Shown: positions 58,419 through 64,000 of the stretch, in pieces | How the letters are laid out: each line of letters opens with the position of its first letter | How positions within the stretch are numbered: the first letter of the stretch is position 1 | Source: Chlorokybus atmophyticus | Taxonomy: Eukaryota; Plantae; Mesostigma and Chlorokybus algae | DNA: 64,000 nucleotides | Direction of reading: 5' to 3' | Assembly (NCBI GenBank): GCA_009103225.1 | Contig: RHPI01003366.1 | Coordinates: 63,794 to 127,793 of the forward strand | Made by a program: the position numbers and the translations under genes | Notes under the pieces: model-generated | What the model was told of the DNA's origin: nothing | The model's input: the letters and a program-made list of their open reading frames with translations, nothing else | Database searches by the model: none

Positions 58419-61181
58419 ATGGCGAAGACGCCATGGGTCGTAGTGCCCATGGGCGTGCTGTTCATGGCTTCAGGACTGCTGGTCAGTGACAGCTTGCTTG
58501 ACGATGATGCTACTTCAAAACTGGCAGGAAAAATTTTGGCATGTGCCAAGTTTACACGCAAGCAGTTCCAAATCACTGTTGGTTTACATGCGTTTCGTGC
58601 TGAGCTTGCACAATTGGAAGCGTGACGCAGACAGTGCTCTGTGCCAGGTTAATGTGGTGGAGCTGGCGCTGCTGCTGACTGTCTGGCCTTTGTCCAAGCC
58701 CCTTTACCGGAAGGTGCGCAGCACCTATAAGTTTATACGACCAGTGTGCAACGTCACATGTTTGTTGGCACGTGCATGTTGTCCATGGACACGACTCTGA
58801 GCAGCAACACACAACTAGCACGCTGCATTAGCTTGCTTTGTTCTGGCTCTGCGCAGGCATTAAGATTATCTGCTCGTCGGTTTCAGCTTCTGAAAATGCT
58901 GTTTGAGTTTCTCAGTGCATGCATTGGAGCAAGTGGCATACTGCATTGCTCTGTTCATTTGTTGTGTGCAGTGCAACAAGGCAGTTGACTTTGCAAGGCA
59001 TTGGGTCACATGACAAGCATTGTGCAGTGCGTGTGGGTGCTGTCGGGCCTTCTCTGGTCCCAGCTGGTGTGGTTGGCTGAGTGGTGGGGTGGTGTGCGCG
59101 TGCGCTTGCACGGGAATCCCGACATTTTCAAGCTCCTTGGCAACGAGCATGCGATCTGCATTTGTAACCACAGGCAAGCTGTTGGTAATCAACCTTCATA
59201 ACCTGTACACTGTGTGCATGCGATGCAAGCGTTAATGCTGACACACAATGCAGGTCAGACGTGGACTGGCTTGTGGGTTGGGTGGTGGCGCAGCACTGCG
59301 GTTGCCTGGGTGGCTGCAAGTCCCTGATGAAGCAGAGCTCCAAGTACCTGCCCGTTCTCGGCTGGTCATGGTGGTTTTCGGACACAATCTTCCTTGATCG
59401 CGCCTGGGCCACAGACCAGGTGCTGATTGCAGTTCTGTCTATGCTTGGACACAAATACATGCATGCAGATGCGCGTATGGGCACACATGCGCACACACAG
59501 CATGCGAAGGTGCACAGGCACGCAACTGCACGCATAGACAAATCGTTTCAGTTGCCTTGTTGCCTTGCATTCTCTACTTTGTGATATGGTTCTTGCATGG
59601 TCGGGCACAAGTACATGAAGTGCAATCACTATTCAAGGTCGGGTCTTTTTGGTCACTGTGCAGCGGAGGTTGGTGAAAGCGTACTCCTCGCTAAAGGACT
59701 TCCCGGTCCCTTTCTGGATGGTGCTGTTTGCAGAAGGCACTCGCTTTACTGCCCCGAAGCTTGCAGATGCCCAGAAGTTTGCAAAAGAGAGAGGCCTTCC
59801 TCACATCCCGCGCCATACACTTGGTTGGAAACTGATTTCAATCACATGCTGCCAATACTCATTGCTGGGATGCATGCACATCATGACTGATAACATGGGA
59901 CTCGTGTGCTACTGCAGTGCCCAAAACGAAGGGCTTTGTGTCCACGGTGGAGAACTTACGGGAGTTTGTGCCTTCAATAGTGGACGTTACGTTTGCCTTT
60001 CCAGCGGGGAAACCGTCACCGACCATGACAGGCATTTTTGGGCGTCAGGGAGGGGAGGTATTGTTGTCACTAGATATCATCTGCAAACAATCAAGGGCAT
60101 GTGCCTTAAGATAACTTTACGCCCTTCAGGTTGATGTCTTGATACGTCGCTTTGATATAAGCTCTCTGCCGTCTGATGGGGAGGGCATTGCGGCGTGGTG
60201 TCGGGACCTGTGGGCGGACAAAGACCGTCTGCTTGAACGGTATGCGCAGACTGGGAACTTTGGGGATGACGTCAAAGAGTATGACTCACCGCCACCCCTC
60301 TACTCTGTATGGGTAAGTGCAGACATGCTTTGCGTGTGCTTGTCCGCCTGCTTTCTCAACAAGCACTGTCGCGTCCACGTGTTGGTCATGCCTCCACGTT
60401 TATATACAGGCTCAGGCTTAACTCTAGCATGTTGTATTATGCTGTCATCTGTGTTGTTCGCCACAGCAACTACGCACAAATATGACAACTGCATCCAGGC
60501 AATACTCAGTTATAACTCAAGTGCGCTTGCCTCAGCAAGCGCGCCTGTTTGTGCCGGTGTTGTGTTTCATGTCTCATGTTGGCGTCTCGTGATCTCCAAG
60601 TGCTTCACTGGTCAACTTTTCATTGTTAACATCTGGGCTGTTGCCGACTCCAGACATGGTGATGCTGTTTATAGTACGTTTTGTTCACCATATTTCGGAT
60701 GTGGTGGCGACGTTGTAGTGGGCAGTAGTTGCCAGTGGTCGGCCGTAGGCGGCAGTGTTGATTTGAAGTGTGGTTGTGTGGTTGTGGTTGAAGTTGTTTA
60801 CCTACAACTGTGCTTGTATTCGAGAATCATGTTGTGAGATGCGAACCTTGCCGCTTGGTACAGTAGTAGTTGTCGTGTGCTGACCCTTTGATCGTGCGCC
60901 ACAGGTGTTGATTGGGTGGTTGTTGGCGGTTGCGCTTCCCAGCCTGTACGCCCTTTATCGTGCTGTTGCCACGGGTGCATTCACCTCAACCATGCTGCTC
61001 ATCTCTGCTGGCGCTGTTGGTGCTGTCGCCTTGGCCATGAAGATATTCATCAGATACTCACAGGTAAGTTGACTGGTTGTGCAGTGATGAGCATCTTGCA
61101 CGTTAACTCTTCACTCTTGGGTCCTAAGCTAAGCACATGCAGGCGGAGAAACCCTTGCGTAGTGCGCCCGCAAGTTCATGA
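58419..61181 (+). CDS. LPAT2: ER 1-acyl-sn-glycerol-3-phosphate acyltransferase (LPAT2/3 type)
   Basis: [13 protein letters not shown]|[33 protein letters not shown]|R..DWLVGW (NHxxxxD), [43 protein letters not shown], two TM segments, IFIRYSQ|[12 protein letters not shown]. Confidence 0.95.
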
Positions 61182-62109
61182 CATTAGACCCTACCAAGAG
61201 TTGGCTGGCTGTTTGCTCGGACTTAAGTCTAGAAATTATTACTGTTGGGCTTGTGCCAGAAAGAATTTATGTTTGTGTACCGTAACTACCTACCATACCT
61301 ATTATAGTGTCACGAGTGTTTGGGTATGACTGCAGCTTGATAGAGGCCGGTTAATGCAAGTGCCACACATGTGGCTGCCACATCCGCCAATTGGCACCAT
61401 TCAAGACTGCACCTTGCACTAATCAGAGCTTAATTTGAGACTCGGGCTATGCAAGGCTCCAGCAGCAATCGTTGTAATGGAAAGCGACAAAGTTGCACTG
61501 CAGCCAATGTGCGGCACCTTGGTTTTGCTATGGCACTTACATGTATCGGCTCGTGTATCAAAAATGTAAATACATCTCATAGGCTGATCTAAGTAGCAGA
61601 TGCGAGACCCCAGCAACAATGCAACAATGTCACAATGCACAAAGTTAGATGCAAGGCATGATGGCATAGACACGGCCGACAAGGCGTATGCAATTGTCAA
61701 CATGTAAGTGGTAGTACACTAGCATGCACACAACTTATAACAATCAACAACAACAAGCAATACGAACATGTTCAAGCATGACAATTGCAACATAGGCAGC
61801 AACTTGCATCCACTTTGTACTCATCATATCTTGTCCACATCGTCGTGCATGTTGCTGCTTCTTAACCCGGACTTGACCTCTGCCTCTCCGCCCTGCGTTT
61901 AAGCTCGGCAGGCTGTTCTTGCTGTGTTGGCTGCTTGCCATGCTATTACTTGAGACCTCAACAAGAAACGGTTCTAGTTTCAGCAAAGATGAAGTCATGT
62001 TTTAGTAGATGTGCCTTGGCCCATGTTGATTACATGTCTGCCTCACTGCTTGCTTGCACCTTGCTACCTTGTTTGTACCTTTGAATCCGCTTGATTAACT
62101 GCAACTCTA

Positions 62110-62408
62110 CCGTATGATGCGGTGCTCTGCAGGTGCTTCCTTTGCTGCTTGCTGCTGCCCCTTCCGTGGGACGGGCGTTCCACGACGTCATCGACCGTTG
62201 CGCGCGACAGGCCGTCGACATGCAGGGGCTGCCACGTCGACGACTGCCGGGGTTTTTGGCGATTTACCACCAGCGACTGGCGTGCGCACTTCAACGGGCC
62301 ATTCTGGAGCGCGGTGCGGCGGCGGTGGCTGCGGTACCAGGTTGGGGCCCTGTGCCGACGTCGACAGTGACAGCCGAGGAGGGCGCCATGCTCGCTGCGG
62401 CTGCTTAG
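62110..62408 (+). mobile_element. Probable 5'-truncated 3' remnant of a non-LTR retrotransposon (restriction-like endonuclease C-terminus)
   Basis: GC-rich island encoding LPLLL..SVGRAFHDVIDRCARQA..FLAIYHQRLACALQRAILERG, resembling the F.P..E..G....L..LA......QRLS.ALQR tail of RLE-type LINEs; no RT or poly-A tail seen. Confidence 0.4.
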
Positions 62409-63354
62409 CCGTGTGGGATATAGGCATGGTTGGCATGATGCATTGATGAACCATGTAAATTACATGATGTAATAGAGTTGTTATATATACTTCCCCCTTC
62501 CCTCTGCCCACACTCCTCCCTTGGTCTCAGACCTATGATAGCTAGTGCACTTAGCTATAGCTTAGTGGGGCCCCCCACCCCGCTATATTTACTTTGTTTG
62601 TGCTGAATTATCAAGCTTTGCTGTGTTGTGCTTGCTTGCTTGACTCATTGGCTCTAATTCATATGTTGTGTGCTATGATATATATACGCACATAAAGCAA
62701 AGAGGCAGTACAAGCAATTGTGGTTGTGAGAATTGCAAGCACAACAAGCAAGGCCAACATGGTACATAATGAAGGATAAACATGGCTCATTTTGCTTCTG
62801 GCGACAGTCAGTAAATAATGTCGGGGCTATGTTGTTACTCCTTTACGGAAACGAATGCATACAAGGCATCAAATGTGTTCACACAACATTCAACATTCGC
62901 TTTATTGACTTTTGCATTGAAAAATCACAATCTGATTGTTGGATGTAACCATACAGGGCGAATTGAAATGTTTTTGCGATAAACTACTAGTTCATCGCCG
63001 ATTAATAGATGATAGTATGTATTAGTTTATCGCCGACCAATAGACCAATAGATGATCTCAACTTTCGTCAGTGTGCAATATATTGTGTACATGCGCATGT
63101 ACAATCAAACCATGGTAGTTTAAGTCTACTTCAAAGCAGCAGTTGATTGCCTGCTCGCAGTGAATGCACATAACAGCCCATTTTGTTCATGGGCTGAAGC
63201 TGTTGTGCATGGGCAAGCGGCTGCTGTAACAGCACCACCGTCGCCGGTGATGCCCCTTCAATCCTCTACCCCAACACCCACACCGCCTATGACAAGCCTT
63301 TCGACGGCGTGGCCGCCACTGAGCAGAGAACTGAAAGTCCCCACATCAGATTGA

Positions 63355-63750
63355 TGTGACCTTTTATATCAAGAGTATATCAACTATATAACTCTCGATA
63401 ATTAACTCACAACTAGATATCGACCCTACAGATAGGGTAGTTAGGAAATCTAGCGTGAGCCAATCACAGCTCAGATAAGGTACCTATCGATAAGGTACCT
63501 ATCCAAAGATACCTATCGTAAGGTACCTAACGAGATAGTGATCACATTATATCGAATGTGACACTAAATAGGCTTGAATAAGCGGTTCTACACCCATTGG
63601 GACTTATTTAAGCTATGATAAAGCATCATAGCCTTTAATAAGCGAGGAACCGTAGAAAAGAGGTATAAATAAGCATATGTAAATACTTATTCATACAAAA
63701 TGTGTTATTCAGGTAGCAATAATACCCCTATTATTATTGCTCCCGTTACA
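63355..63750 (-). mobile_element. 3' LTR of a chromovirus (Ty3/gypsy), 396 bp
   Basis: On the minus strand a polypurine tract (AGTGGGGGGGAA, 63762-63751) is immediately followed by TGTAAC at 63750; the matching inverted end GTCACA lies at 63360-63355. Confidence 0.8.
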
Positions 63751-63896
63751 TTCCCCCCCACTTAGGTTTTCAACGTCTTGTTGAACTCAAGTTGATCAGG
63801 CTTGATTTCGAGTAATTGTAACCAGTGCGATAGCAGGAAATGACAGGGTGGTAATGAAACTGCACTGCCAGTCTGTCATAAAACCAAGCCCATAGT

Positions 63897-63998
63897 TCAT
63901 GGGACAGGACATGAATCCCAATAAGCTCGAAGCAACTCGCGGCAGTGCGTAAGATGCCTGTCGGGCTCCCAACTGTTATGTTCCGGGCCATACCCTGT
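63897..63998 (-). mobile_element. C-terminal chromodomain of a chromoviral integrase; element continues off the right edge
   Basis: Frame absent from the ORF track: TGYGPEHNSWEPDRHLTHCRELLRAYWDSCPVP*, the G(Y/F)...N(S/T)WEP..L..C...L..YW chromodomain signature, ~135 nt upstream of the PPT. Confidence 0.9.
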
Positions 63999-64000
63999 TC

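Overview
Eukaryotic nuclear DNA, GC-rich and gene-dense, with many short spliceosomal introns (mostly 60-250 nt, GT-AG, at least two GC-AG). Gene content (plant-type plastid MurE, nuclear Psb28, fibrillin FBN10, DET1, LPAT2, a flagellar central-pair gene, a transferrin relic) points to a flagellate-producing green-lineage alga, most likely an early-diverging streptophyte; this is inference. I reconstructed about 14 intron-containing genes by hand: a SAM-like-header gene running off the left edge, MurE, an EGF-EGF-TM-RING-H2 ligase, a saposin-domain acid sphingomyelinase, MMS19, Psb28, FBN10, DET1, CFAP119-like, a secreted 3x bacterial-type PKD-repeat protein with a PDF1-like C-terminus, an unknown TM protein, a golgin-84-like protein, TatD and LPAT2. 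Non-genic features: a transferrin pseudogene, a ~4.6 kb island bounded by diverged ~1.1-1.3 kb inverted arms with hairpins at their outer ends, a 200-nt foldback, a probable non-LTR retroelement 3' remnant, and the 3' end (chromodomain, PPT, LTR) of a chromovirus at the right edge. Most ORF-track entries are antisense or intron read-through artefacts. No tRNA, rRNA or CRISPR array was recognised. Exon boundaries and family assignments were made by eye from splice signals, reading-frame continuity and remembered motifs; no searches were run.
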